From: the human T2T-CHM13v2.0 reference genome, Homo sapiens
Length of the DNA: 64,000 nt
Reading direction: 5' to 3' (one strand)
NCBI RefSeq assembly: GCF_009914755.1
Contig: NC_060933.1
Shown here: positions 30,730 to 43,804 of the stretch, piece after piece
Position numbering within the stretch: position 1 is the first letter of the stretch
Layout of the letters: the number at the start of each line of letters is the position of its first letter
Made by a program: the position numbers and the translations under genes
Notes under the pieces: generated by a model
Told to the model about the DNA's origin: nothing
Database searches by the model: none
What the model saw: only the letters and a program-made list of their open reading frames with translations

Positions 30730-31340
30730 AAGCCAAGGAACCTCCTCTGGGCTCTTCCACCTTGTTATTCTAACATCACACTCCCATCCCAACCTACTTC
30801 TGAAATACCTCCCAAATCCATCCACATTCCTCATTTTCAATGCTGCCATTCTAGTTTCAGCAATTATCATTTTTTGCCTGGACTACCCACTGGTCTGCTA
30901 ACTGGTCTCTTACTGTATCTCTACAATCACGTCTCTGTTGCATAAACTTTCTCATGGCTTTCCAACACACTGGAATAAATTCAAACTACAAAGACCCCAC
31001 CAGCCAGCCCAGTTGCCTCTCCACATATCCTATTCCCTACCTGGGCTTACCTGCTCCCTCCACGTTCACAGGCTTCCTTCTGTTCCCGGGCTCGGCAAAA
31101 TGGCGCCTGCCTCAGGGACATTGCCCACACCACAGTGTCCTCCATGGCGGGCTTCTTCCCTTCACTCAGTCATTGCTTCAGAGGGGCCCGTCCTGATGAT
31201 TCTGCAGAAAGTTCTGTGCTCTCTGCTCACCCTCACAAGGTGAACACGCTGGGCCTGCCTCACCGGCTGCCATGGCCCCATCCCAGAGCAGCACCTGGCC
31301 AGGGCAGTGGCCAGCACACACTGTGGAGGGAATGAATGGG
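30730..31340 (+). mobile_element. L2 fragment
   Basis: aatccatccacattcctcat..tgcctggactac..ctaactggtctc..agagcagcacctggc..gaatgaatg. Confidence 0.6.
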
Positions 31341-31520
31341 GGACAAAACCTATCTCATAGGAGTGTGGGGTCCAGCAAGGTCACGTCTGGGCATCCAGTG
31401 CCCTCCCTGGCAACAGTGAGTACCACATGAGTGGTGGGGGAGAAGTCATCAAAGTCTTTCATAGCTCACCTCCGACTCTCCCTAGAACTCTAGAATCCCT
31501 TTTGTGTTCCTTTAAAGACA

Positions 31521-31821
<301 letters not shown>

Positions 31822-32059
31822 TAGAGACATTTTAACAGAGAAGTCCTTCAGTCCCTCAAATGCCCCACCTTCCTTTTTTACAGCCTTTTTCCTCTCCTGA
31901 GAAATAACAGGATGGTTCACCCAGGCATGAGGGTCAGCCCCACCTCCCCCGTCTTTCTTTTCCATCGGTTATCAAGCCTGGTCTGTATCACCCCTTGACA
32001 TCTCACATATCAATCCCTCTTTCCATAACCAGCAGGGCATCTTCATGACAGGTTTGGAA

Positions 32060-32280
32060 CCCAAGCTACAGAATCAGTTCCTAGTTCTACCCTTGGACAG
32101 TTATGGGACGGTGAGTAACAGATGGAAAAACTTTCAGCCTCAGTTTCTCCCTCCTTAACGTGGGAAGAAAAGTAATTCTGTAGTTAATGTGGAGACTTTC
32201 TGAGAGGAATAGAAAAGACAGTTGGTGCAGGCATGTGGCTGGCACATGGGAGAACTCAATAGTGAGCAGCAGGTATCTGC
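32060..32280 (+). mobile_element. MIR fragment
   Basis: ttcagcctcagtttctccctc..gtggctggcacatgggagaactcaata. Confidence 0.5.
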
Positions 32281-32879
32281 CCGGGGCAGGAGTGCTTCCT
32301 CATGCCCGGGATGGCTTTCCTTCTTTCACCCCAGCCTCCCGCCCAGCCTATGCCCTACGCAGCAGAGTGCAGAGGATGTTCCCAAAGCCTCCATAGGATG
32401 GCGCCGTGCTTCTCCTAGTGCTGCCTCCTCAACTCAGTCCCAAATCCAGACAGCTGGGTTGGTGCCCTCGGCTCGCAGGTCACAGGCTCTGATGCACTCT
32501 CTCTCCACCTGTGCAGTCCTCTTCCTACTTCACATCCCCTCCTCTCTTCCTGTGTCTGCTTGGGCACCCCGTCCCTCCACCCCAGACCTGTAGAGACAGA
32601 GCTGGGATGTCCTTACGTTGGCCTCTCAAGGTCCCTTAATATAGCCTCCCATAACCCTGACTCACAACCGCCACCTTTTGGTTCCTCCTACTCCATGGCA
32701 TGCTGCTGTGGAGGCCAAGTCCCCAGCACTGCGTTCCCCAGGCAATGCTGAAGAAAAGGCCAGGGCTGCTCATCAAGGAAGGTGTTGTCATTAGGGCAGC
32801 CGTGGTTTTCCTAGGCAGCCAGACTTACCATGGGCATGTAGAGAAAAAGCACCAAGATCTTTGTAAAATTGACTTCCAT

Positions 32880-33190
32880 TTTGTGTTAAAAGGCTTGTTA
32901 TACCTATAAACAGTGATAACAACATATTTATACATGGGAATAAGACTTAAAAACAGACACAAACGGGCCAATCAACAGTATCATGGAACAATGTGTACTT
33001 TACAACACCATTCTTTTTTCAAGTTGAAAGCATGCAAACCTAAACAGTATATATTTTGAGGGATGTATATGCATGTAATAAAGATTAGAAAAGCAAGGAA
33101 ATGATGACAAAATAAACATTTGAAAAATAAAATGGGAAGAGACAAGAGGCCAAGGACTGTGGCAAGGTGGAGTTTGGGTGGACAGCAGGG
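32880..33190 (+). mobile_element. L1ME-like 3' fragment
   Basis: aaagcatgcaaacctaaacagtatat..gaaaagcaaggaaatgatgac. Confidence 0.5.
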
Positions 33191-33606
33191 AATAAATGCC
33201 GGATTGGGTGAATGGGGAGTGAACTCTACCCACCGTACTGGCACAGAAACTGGGATGTGGGGATGCTAATGTGGCCGAGATCACATAGCTAGGAAGTGGC
33301 AGAGCTGGGATTCATGCTTAGGTTGGTCTGACTCTACAGCTCTTCATGTTGTTCCTTGATACCAGAGACAACATCAAGAAAGCCATGTGTTAGAACGAGC
33401 TCGTCTGGGGTGGAGGGCAGCAGGAGAAGAGAAGGCAGCTGGGAGGCCAGGTGGAGGGTGGCGGTGGCCAGGATGGAAATGGAGGAGAGGCTGGAAAGGC
33501 AGGAAGGAGCCCCAGGGAGTGTTGTCTGAGAAGCCTAAGTTGGGGCATGAGGAGGGAAAGTGTGTGAGTTGAATAGTGTCAAATGGAGCAGACGTCATAA
33601 GACTTT

Positions 33607-34008
33607 TGCTATGGACTGAATTGTGTCACTCCCAAATTCATATGTTGAAGTCCTAACTCCCAACATGGCTGTATCTTGACATAGGGTTTTAGGAGGTAAT
33701 TAAGGCTAAATGAGATTGTAAGAGTGGGCTGTTGTCATGGGGTTAGTGTCCTTATAAGCGAGCTGAGAGCTTTCTCTCCCTCTCTTTCTCTATCCCCTCC
33801 CTTTTACCCCACTTCCCCACTTCACCACTTGAGGATAAGCAAGAAGACAGCCATCTGTAAGCCAGAAAGAGAGCCCTCACCAGAACCCCACCATGCTAGC
33901 ACCCTGATCTGGGACCTCCAGCCTCCAGAACTGTGAGAAAATAATGTCTGTCATTTAAGCCATGCAGTCTATGCTGTTTTGTTCTGGAAGCCCAAGAAGA
34001 CAAATACA
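33607..34008 (+). mobile_element. MLT1A-type LTR
   Basis: tgctatggactgaattgtgtc..caaattcatatgttgaagtcctaac..gagagccctcaccagaacc..cagcctccagaactgtgagaaa..aataca. Confidence 0.85.
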
Positions 34009-35694
34009 GCCTCGTTCCTGGAATGTTGAAAGTGTCACTGGGGCGAAGATGGTATACAGCCTCTTATTTTGAACTCCCACTGTTCTAACATTCGTTCATG
34101 AAACATCTTTTGTGAATTGATGCCAGGCAAGTGGTATAAAAAGGAAAAGGCACCCGTCTTGTGAGTCCAGGCTGCATCCGCTGAAGCTGTCCCTGCTGGC
34201 GGCTGCAGTTCTCCTCACAGGGCGACCACATTCACAAACACCCTCAGGGCAGTGTCCCAGAAACAGAGCTTCCCAACTGAGATCTGTCCTACTTTTGAAG
34301 ATGACTGCCGTATTGCTCAGGGAGGGAGAATTTTCAATCCTTGCAAAGCAAGACAGAAACAAAAGGGGTACTTGGCCTTCTCAACCGGTGTGCATGTACA
34401 GTATTTGAGGGCGCTACCTTTAGACAGCAGGGTGAGTGTGCAAAGGGATCCTCGTGTTGGAAGATGGGGGTAAAGGGGTATGAGTCTGAGTTCCTCCTGA
34501 AACACCAGCCTCTCTCAGAGGCAGCAGCGGAGCTCCGCGTATGCTGGCGCTCTCTTTCTTGCATCGTGTTCATGGATTTCTAAATTCCCTTGCTAATGGC
34601 AACAGAAATACCACCATCAAAACTAACGTCTCAAGGGTCCAAGGTTTCAATCACACAAAGCCCAGGTTATCATAGGAACATGGGGCAGGCAAGGAGGGGG
34701 CCCCTGGGGAGCCATCTTCATGTGTCCTCATTAAAATGAAGGGAGTCATTCAGAGATTTGACTGTGTTTGTCTCCTTCTACTATTTTTCTTTAAAAAGCT
34801 GTTTCAGTTAGAGTAGGAAGAGCAAGATACACTTATTTCTGAAATGGGTGCAAGAACTTTCAAATATGGAAACACAACACCTTTCTATTTTTTGAATTCT
34901 GCTTTTAAAACGGAAAAATACTTGTTCTTCTTGAGAATTGGGCTTTCTGCTTTGAAGGAGGTAATATCAAAGCAATATTTTATTTGCAAGTAATGAACTG
35001 TACTCTTTTAACTTGTTTTGCTAAAGCATTGCTCTTCTGGGTACTTCATAGTTAAAGTATTGTGCCCTCCCACCTACCCTGAAGTTTTTGCTAGTCTTTG
35101 TGCATGACATTCAAAATAACGTACTTCTGCCACTACAAGGTGTGAGCACACTTCTAAATGACAAAATGATTGAGTTATCATCAAGATATTGTTCAGTATA
35201 AACATCATTTTACTTTTCTAAACTTTTAAAAGTGGCCAACACATTCAGTCGCTGTATTATCTTTTGATTAACCCAAGTGCTCAACTATCCATCGCATTCC
35301 ACGAAGTCAGTTTGCAATTAATGAGCAGGACACAGTTTATCAGCATGCCTGAGAAAAGCGATTGTATCTGGATGTCCTCAGCCCTTTCCCCTCCAAATAG
35401 GCTGTGTGGTGAGTGCTCCTTCGAATGGTACAGATGGCCGGCCTGTTTATCCTCTCCTGCCCTTGCTTCGGGCCATGCCTAAGTGCCTCACCCCTGGCTG
35501 AGTGACATCAGGTCCAGCTGGAAGTGGGGCACCAAAATGCCTGCCTCACTGGAGCTTGGTGGTGTCTGTTTGCTCACCTGCAAGGCCAGCATGGCCTTTT
35601 ATTAGAGGTCTCAGGGGGCTGGGGGAGGCCATAGCTCTTTGAATTTCTCTTATTAACTCTTCTTTGACTGGTTCCAAGTCAAAGACTTCTGCGT

Positions 35695-36052
35695 GCATAT
35701 GTACACACACTGTATCACACACACCACACACTCACACTACCCATGGATATGCACACATACCACATACCACACACACATATGCACACACACACCACACAAC
35801 ACCACACACATATATGCACGGATATGCACACACACCACACTACACACATCATACACACACTACACAATGTTACACACACCTATACACACACATACACACA
35901 CATGCACACATACTGCGCTACACGCACCACGCACATACATGCACACACACCGCACTACACACATCATACACGTACCACACAATACTATGCACACCTATAC
36001 ACACGCATATGCATATGCACCACACACACACGTTATACATCCCCCACATACA
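35695..36052. repeat. degenerate (CA)n / CACATA low-complexity array
   Basis: about 350 bp of cacacac/cacatac/tacac units. Confidence 0.92.
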
Positions 36053-36204
36053 TTTTCTCCACTTTTCTTGGCTGCTTCCCTGGTCCTCACCATCAAAGGA
36101 ATTCTTGCAGTAGAGCCTGGAAGGCTTCTCCCAGGAAGCACCCACTTCCTGCAGGAGAGAGACTGTGAGAGCGCGCCAGCCTCCTCCCCAGCCCTACACG
36201 CTGC

Positions 36205-36480
36205 CATTCATCCTCTCAACACACTTGTGAGTGTCCCTGTTGTGCCAAGCACTCTTCCAGGTCCTTCCAGGAGGTGGGTGAGGGGCACTGATGAAAAAAA
36301 TGGGCCTCAACCTGGAGTCATGAAGCTTGGGGGTTTGGGTGGGACACAGGAATAAGAAATGAACATATCTGTGAACACGATGACCAGGAATTACAGGAGG
36401 GAAAGAGCACCGAGGAGCCTGCAGAAAGAGGCCCTGGAGCCCGGAGCTGATGCCAAAGGCTGTCCAGGAGGAGCAAAGGA
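36205..36480 (-). mobile_element. L2 fragment
   Basis: cattcatcctctcaacacacttgtgagtgtccctgttgtgccaagcact..ggagtcatgaagctt. Confidence 0.5.
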
Positions 36481-36829
36481 GCAGCCAGGAAGGCCCTGGG
36501 GCACAGCAAGAGTGTCCAGAGTGAAGCCCAGCAAGTGGGGAGGGCGGTTCATGCAGTGAGAGGAAGACTCTAGAGGTTTTATCTAGGCCGTATTCCTTCC
36601 CCCTTTGTGGAGATGGGTTGTGCAGGGGGTGTGGAGGGAGCTAGAAGCTCCGCATGCATGGAAGATTAGTGCTCACAGAGCCCCAGATAGAGGCCGAAAT
36701 GCCCATGGTGGGTGAGGAAGAAGTTTGGAAGGGGAAGCCAGAGAGGAGACGATGCAGGGCTCGCACTGGAACCAGCTCAGTTGGATGAAAGAAAAAAGTA
36801 AAGAAAAACGGAGAGCTTGAGCTTAAGGT

Positions 36830-37500
36830 CATTTTTCTAACTTTCTGTGTTGAAATAACGTTGGACAGACAGAAAAGTTACAAGGATAGAGTTTCCATAC
36901 ATACTTTTTTCATGTCAAGATCTTGTATCAACACGGCCCATTGGTCAAATCTGAGGAATTATTGTGGGTAAAATACGATTAGCCAAATGGTAGACTTTGT
37001 TTGAGTTTCCCTATCTTTCCACTCACTCCCTTTTTCTGTTCCAGGATCCAGACCAGGAGCCTACATTTCACTAACTTGTCAGGACTCCCGTCTCTCCTCC
37101 AGCCTGCGACAGCTCCTCCGTCTTCTTTTGTCTTTTCTAACCTTGATACTTTTGACGAGTACTGGCCAGCTGTTTCGCAGGATTTTCCTCCAGCTGAGTT
37201 GGCTTGAGGTTTTCTCTGATTGGATCACAGTTACCGGTTTTCGGAGGAACAGCACAGAGGTGAACGGTCTCACTTATCACTCCACATCAAAGCAGGCATG
37301 ACACCCACGTGACTCATTCCTAGGAGGCTGACCTTCACCTTTTGGTCTGGGCGACATCTGCCAGGTTTTTCCACTGTCTAGTGACTATTTTTTTCTTTTC
37401 CTTTTTTTATGTTTGTGAAAGTCCTGCCCACACTCAAGGGGCGGGAAATGAAACTACACCCCCTGGTGTAATTTGTGAGGTACATTAAAACCACCCTAGT
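36830..37500 (-). mobile_element. L1MC-type 3' fragment
   Basis: gttgaaataa..acagaaaagttacaaggatagagtttccatac..ctgttccaggatcca..atctgccaggtttttccactgt. Confidence 0.65.
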
Positions 37501-38064
37501 AATAGGAAATGCTCACATTATGCTTTTGGTCATTGTTATTGAGCTAGTTATGAGGCTTCTTTTTCCCTCTGTGGGAAGATGACATTTTCACCCGTAATAC
37601 CTTGTCACCCGTACCACTTTGGCAGTCTCAGTGAAGATACCTGCACCCTCTGGGTGAGGGGCTTCTGACTAGTGCCATGGATGCTTGCTCTACAGAGACC
37701 AGAGAAGACTCCAGTTAGGGAGAGCGGACTCGCTACGCTCAGGTGCCGCCCCTCTGTCTCCCAGCCTCTCTAAAATGACAAGAAAGGGACAAAAGCCTTA
37801 TTAACTTATAGAGTGAAAGACAGCAGGGATAACCAAGGGTAAAGCATCACAACACATTTTGTAAGTGCCTCATCTGAGCAGATCCTGACCAGGAGTGTCC
37901 CCTCTCCTGCCACCCACTGGAAGGTGCAAGCAGACGGAGGTGGACAAAGCCCTGGGCTCATGGCAGGGCCCCTGCAGTATCTGCCTGGAGGACCTCAGGC
38001 ACCACAGTTCCCTCTCCCATTCTGTATGCCCTGTGGCTACTCTGGACACAGTCCCCATAGGAGG

Positions 38065-38498
38065 TGGTAGTTGACTGGGGATGCCATAACAAAGTGCCAC
38101 ACACTAGGTGACTTAGAACAATAGCAATGGAGTGTTTTACAGTTCTGGAGGCCAGAAATCCAAGATCCAGGTGTTGGCAGGGCCCCACTCCCCGTGAAGG
38201 CACCAGGACTCTCTCTGCCCAAGGCCTCTCTCCTACCTTCTGTTAGTTCCTTGGCTTGTGGCAGCAGAGCTCCAATCCTTACATGGCATTCTCTACGTGT
38301 ACGAATGCATCTATGTCCAAATTTCCCCTTTACATAAGGATATGAATCATACTGGATTGGGGCCCACCCTTGCAATCCTATCTTAAATAATTACCTTTGT
38401 AACAGCTCTATCTCCAGATCTACACACACACTCGGAGGGACTTGGGGGTTAGGATTTCAACCTGTGAATTTTGGAGGGAACGTAATTCAACCTATAAC
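38065..38498 (-). mobile_element. MLT1C-type LTR
   Basis: gccataacaaagtgccacacact..acagttctggaggccagaaatccaagatc..ccttggcttgtggcagca..ggattggggcccaccct..aattcaacctataac. Confidence 0.85.
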
Positions 38499-38959
38499 TA
38501 GGTGGGATGTTTACTTGCTGAAGGAACAGACAGTCCCACTAGGCTGGGAATGGTAGACCCAGAGAGGGCTGGGGGGGAGCTTTGGGGCTAAAAAGACAGA
38601 TTACATGCAAGCCAGCCTCCTGAACCTGGGACCCTCAGCTCTTCTTCCCACTCTGCTTCCACAGGTCTACCCTGCCCTCACCTGGGGAGAAGTGTGGAGG
38701 ACTCCTCCTTGGAGAAAGTGAAAAACTCCCAGAGAAAACATTGGCAGGAATTGGCATTGGATGGGTCCTGGCTTGAGACTAGCTCCCATTGCATCAGTCT
38801 GCAAGCCCTCTGCTATTTCTACCTCCCCACCCAAACTCCAATCCACACTTACTTTAATGTCCCATTCTGCAATGTGAGTGGGCAGCGGAAGGTCACCAGA
38901 AGCTGTAGAGAAAGTCTTTACATGAAAGACAGACACTAAGGGGTAAAATCGCAAAGCAG

Positions 38960-39900
38960 GTATGCAAAAGAAACAAAAATAACCAGGGGGCTAAATAATC
39001 GAAAAACAATATTTTATGTTCTCAGATATCAAAGATGGTATTGCATCTGTAGAGAAGGAAAAATGTACTAAATAAAATTACTAAGTATTGGTCTAGAGGG
39101 TTGGAGAGAATATAGATATTTTTTAAATACGAAAATGAGATTTATCTATCAATCATCTATCTACCTATGTCATTCATCTATTTATTAATCCTCTATCTAT
39201 CTACCATCTACTTATATACATATTCATTCATCACTATCTATCCATCTGTCTTTTTGCCTGAGTACTTTCTTTGAAAACTACTGGATAATGCACTTCAGTA
39301 AAATAAGGGAGAAAACTAGATAACATGGAATTCTGGAAACAGAGGACCCAATACAAGAGAGAGATGAGGAAGGCTCAAAAGTCTCTAAGAAAAAAAAAAG
39401 CTACTGTATTTGAGTACTTGGAAGTGTGTTTAGGCATTTAACAGATGCGTTAAAATTTTTAGAAATGTTAGCAAGAAGCACGTGGAAAACTGAGCAAACA
39501 AAAGCCCAAGGCAATTTTTAACTCCAGGAAAAACAAACATAGAGTGGTGTGAGAGAGGAGGCATTCTCATGGCAGACCACTGGCCTCGGTGGGGTACGAT
39601 CAGCACCTCACATTAATAACGTAAACTCTGCCTGTGGGGAGGGGAGGCAAAGAGGTTGGGGTTGGGGTGATGTGAAGGAACTGACTTTGCACCTTTCTTA
39701 ACAGAAAACCAATAAGATACTCTAAAATATTGAAAAATCAAGAAATAGCAGAATAGTATATTACAGAGATATGCAGAAATAGATACCAGGGAAAATATAT
39801 CTTTAAAAGTTGAAAGTGCTTTCCTCTATGAAGCAGGGAAGGTTTGGGCACTGGGCCCAACACTTTTTTAACATCAGCTACTTAGAACTCTTTGCTTTCA
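38960..39900 (+). mobile_element. old L1ME/HAL1-like fragments with an embedded (TCTA)-rich tract
   Basis: A-rich LINE-like text; tctatc/catc repeats at about 39140-39250. Confidence 0.4.
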
Positions 39901-42900
39901 CTGTGTGGACGTACTTTGCTAAATGTAGAAGCATAACTTTACAGCAGAAAGGCGGGGAGAAAAATGTGTACACACAAGCTTGCGGAGGCTCACAAAAAGG
40001 GAAAGTCTTTCTGGCAGGATTTTGTGTTGACTTTTTGTAAGCGTGATCAGCCCATGGAGTTTTTCCTGTATGCTCAGAACTGGGAGGAAATCTTCCTGCT
40101 CCTTGGAGCCCTACCTCTCCAACTGTCAGCATCATCTTGGAATTATCTTTGTAGCAGGAAGCTTAGGGCACTAACACCTTGCCCTCCTGGTTCCCAAGGT
40201 GGGAGGTGGGTGAGCGACAGCTATGCTTCTCCCTGCAGAGGAGGCAGCGCAGGGGTGCTGGGAGCACCTGTCAATGGGTGAGAAAGGAAACGGTGTTTCT
40301 CTGATGCTTTTGATTGAGCTGCAGCTCTCTACTATGCTACTTAATTGACAGCAGCTGTTATAAAGCTTTAGCTTCTAGGATAAGGGACAACTTGTAAATT
40401 TCAGTGTCTACTGTGAATCTTATGGCTCCATCACTCTTCCTCTCTCCCATCTGCATTTACTCACCAGTGTGTCTATGCCCCACACTTTAATCACCCGTCA
40501 GCCTTCCTGGAATGGATGTCTTCAAGCCCTCCTGTTTGGTGTTCTCAATCAGGATGTCCTCTGACTGTCCTCCCCACTGAGGACAGACAACATTAGTCAG
40601 GACCAGAGGGATTTTATGGAGACATGGGGTCTCCACTTACTAGCCTGCCAACTTCCCCTTCCCAAACTCACTGTGGAAAGTAGGGCCGCTGTAGACCAGT
40701 GACACGCAGGGGGTTGGCTTGGGGAGAAAGGGTAAGGAGAGCGTGAATGCCACTGCTGGTTGATTGGAATGGCTGGACTGGAGATTTGCACCAGAATGAG
40801 GGAGTTGTGCAGATGCAGAGCAGATTTTGTGCCTGACATCCACCCAGTTAGAAGACAAAGAATCATGGTGCCGTTTTAGGCAGCAATGTGATTCGTGGAG
40901 ATCTTTGTGCTCTTGCTCTTTCAGGGTTTGGGAATTCTGGATCCTGGCCATCTCTTCTTCTTTTCAGAGTAACAGTGGATATATTTTGATTTTACCTAGC
41001 TAGTGTTGCAGCGAAGCCTTAGGATAACACTAAATGAAGCATCCTTTAGCCAAAGCAAACAATCCTTTGGATGTCCTTTCAGAGACTACACCACATCAAA
41101 TGAAGTGAAACCCCAGACCTTTGGAACACTCACCATTTTTCAAATTCAAGCCTATTTTGAAAAATTAATAAAATGAAGCCTTTTAAAAAGACCCCAAGGA
41201 AACCATGGAGTTGGTAGCTTCAGCAGATTGGCAAAGATGGACTGCACAAAAAGAGAGATGCTGGAAGGCATAGGAGCTGCCCGGTGGATAGAGTTCTAGA
41301 CATGGGTTCCTGGGGGCCTCTCCTGGCTGGCAGCATGGGCAGGTTTTTGCCCTCCTAGACCTTCAGGACTTGGAAAAGCAAAGACATCTCTGGGCCAGCT
41401 GGAAGCAACTGTATCTGGGTACAGACCAAGCAATGTGGGAGTGCAAGCCACACAACCATCTGGGCAAGAGGAGTCCAAGTCAGGGGACCCAACTTCAAGG
41501 AGCCTGCAGTTTTGGACACTTGCTTTAGGAACTGTGGGGCAGCATGAGCCTGGGAGGGATGGCAGGGAATGTTCACACTTAGGGGGCTGGTTTGGGAAAG
41601 CCCAACACTCCCACACAGTCTCTTCTCCAACTCATTGGAGGGCTTGGAGTCACATCAGTCAGGGCTCAATCAAGAGAGCAAAGCCCCAGTAATGGTCATG
41701 GAATAAGGGTTTCCTATAGGTACCAGGAATCCCACACTTGGGGCAGAAGATGGGGAAGTGAAGGCATGAAGAGAATGTTGGAGAATTAGGAGAGTCGCCA
41801 AGCAGACCTCATGAACCACTGGCATGGGTGGCCGAGTCAGAGCTTGCAGGGAAATCTGGGAAGCTGGGTGTGCCCAGATGCAGGAGACCACCAAGCGGTG
41901 CTGGTGGAGGAGTCTATGGAGAGCAAATTGCCTCTGCAGCTACCACTACTGGGCAATAGATGTTTGTGGGTGGCCTGGAGCTGCCAGGTGGTGGGAAGAA
42001 CCAGATACAGAGCAAAGGAGTGCAATGACGAGCTGCACCCACCAGCCCCTCCATACCTGTCCACCAGAGACATAAGCTGCCCCACCCTGCTTCCAGACCT
42101 TAGGCCAGTGTCCATTTTTGGCCAACTCTGTCCCCAGTCCATGCAGGAAAGGATTCCAGGAGACCAGTTTTCAGCTCAACCAAACTGAGCATAGAACAGC
42201 GCAGTCCAGAACCATGGCCCTCCGCAGTAAGGGGCTGATTCTGGCACCCAGCCCAGCTGTCCTCATAAGCCAGGTGGTCTGCATGCTTGTCCTAGATAGT
42301 TCTAGACTGACAAAGAGCTTTTGAGTCTCAGCTAAAGGTCCTTTTCACAAAGCAGGCAGGGGCAAACATTCAAATTCCAGCCTCCCAGAAGCTTTCCCAG
42401 ACCTTTCCACCATGTAGCCCACTATTCCTGAATAACCCTTTGGGTTGCCTCTCTGAAGATTTGAGGCAAAAGTGATAGGTGGTCTTCTCCTATGCATCTC
42501 CATGCATTGGGTGACACAGGCACTTCTAGGGTGGTCATGGTGAAAGTGTCAGCAAGGACTCAAAGGCTCTGAAAAGTGGGTCTTCAGACAGAAACCCAAT
42601 CAAACAAAGCAAGCCACCAGTGCCCCGGCCCAGCCTGTGGAATGCTGTCCAACCTCTTTCACTTAGGAGAGACAGGACAAGCTGTAAGCGTTCATATGCC
42701 AGCCTGGAGTATGGGGTCAGGGGTCTTGCTACTTATTAAAGATAGTCTCAGGAGAATGAGGAACAGAGGTTTGCTGTAAACTTCAGCCTTCAGGCCTTAC
42801 GGGTAATTTGTTATACTGGGGAGGTCAATGGTCTAGCTCCTGCTTTGATCACAAGCAAAGGCTTCCAGATTGTTACTTATACCAGCAGTTGATTTATTAC

Positions 42901-42939
42901 ATCCAGGCTTGAAGTGTCAATGGAAATCCAACCTGAGCG

Positions 42940-43001
42940 GGGGCTGGGGAAGGGAGCAGGGGCTGGGGAAGGGAGCAGGGGCTGGGGAAAGGAGCAGGGG
43001 C
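42940..43001 (+). repeat. 19-bp G-rich minisatellite, about 3.3 copies
   Basis: ggggctggggaagggagca x2, ggggctggggaaaggagca, ggggc. Confidence 0.9.
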
Positions 43002-43804
43002 AGAGGAAGGGAGAAGGGCTGTTTTAGAGTGCAAGTCCACTGCTCAGTCATCCCACAGTTTTGCACAGCCTGGCTGCGATTTCTGCAATATTCCCTCTGA
43101 GACACTCAATCTCTGAATATGGTCACGAATTTGCAACATTTGTGATTCATAATAATGAATCACAAATTCATGATGATGTTAATTTATTTGCTGAAACAGT
43201 AACGTCTTTTATGTTATTCTTGGTGGAAGCTGATGCCCAGGTGCCTCCCACCTCTGGCCACAAGTTCCTGGTTGCCAAATGGAAAAGGAGACACTGTAGG
43301 AAAAAAATAGGGCCAGATATTTACAGCTGGTCACAACACACAGGATATACACACATATCTGTCTGCTCCCCCTCCCTCCCCTACTGCTGCACAGTCTAGG
43401 GGCAGCTGTGTCCCATTGAAGCTATTTTTATACCCACTTCCTGTTCCTGGCAGTCATCCTTTGTGATTTCCTTGTTGTCTGCGTTTGTGGAGCCTTAGCC
43501 CCTAAAGGGTATGGCACAGACAGCAGCGGGAAGGACACCGGGCGGAAATCATCACACAGATCTTCCTCCGTCTGTCTCAGCACCAGGGTGCTTCCTCTGC
43601 CTCTTAGAAACCAGCAGCCACCCTGAGGCTACTACTTTTTCTATGTTATTGACGAAGACCCTGGTTTCACTCTGATAACTTTTGGTACAAGTGGTGCATC
43701 TTTCTTCAGGTATAGGGCCTGTGGAGTAAGGTCTGATTGGGCAGGTGATGGAGAGCCGGGCATAGATTTGCACTGACCTGCTTCGATGCGTTGTTGACAG
43801 TACA

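Noticed and set aside
31096-31107. YY1 consensus CAAAATGGCGCC (and CCGCCATCTT at 25539)
   Set aside because: Isolated short motifs, one inside an L2 relic, with no supporting promoter context.
35664-36355. Long His/Thr-rich ORFs (149-220 aa)
   Set aside because: Translation artefacts of the CA-rich low-complexity repeat, open in several frames.
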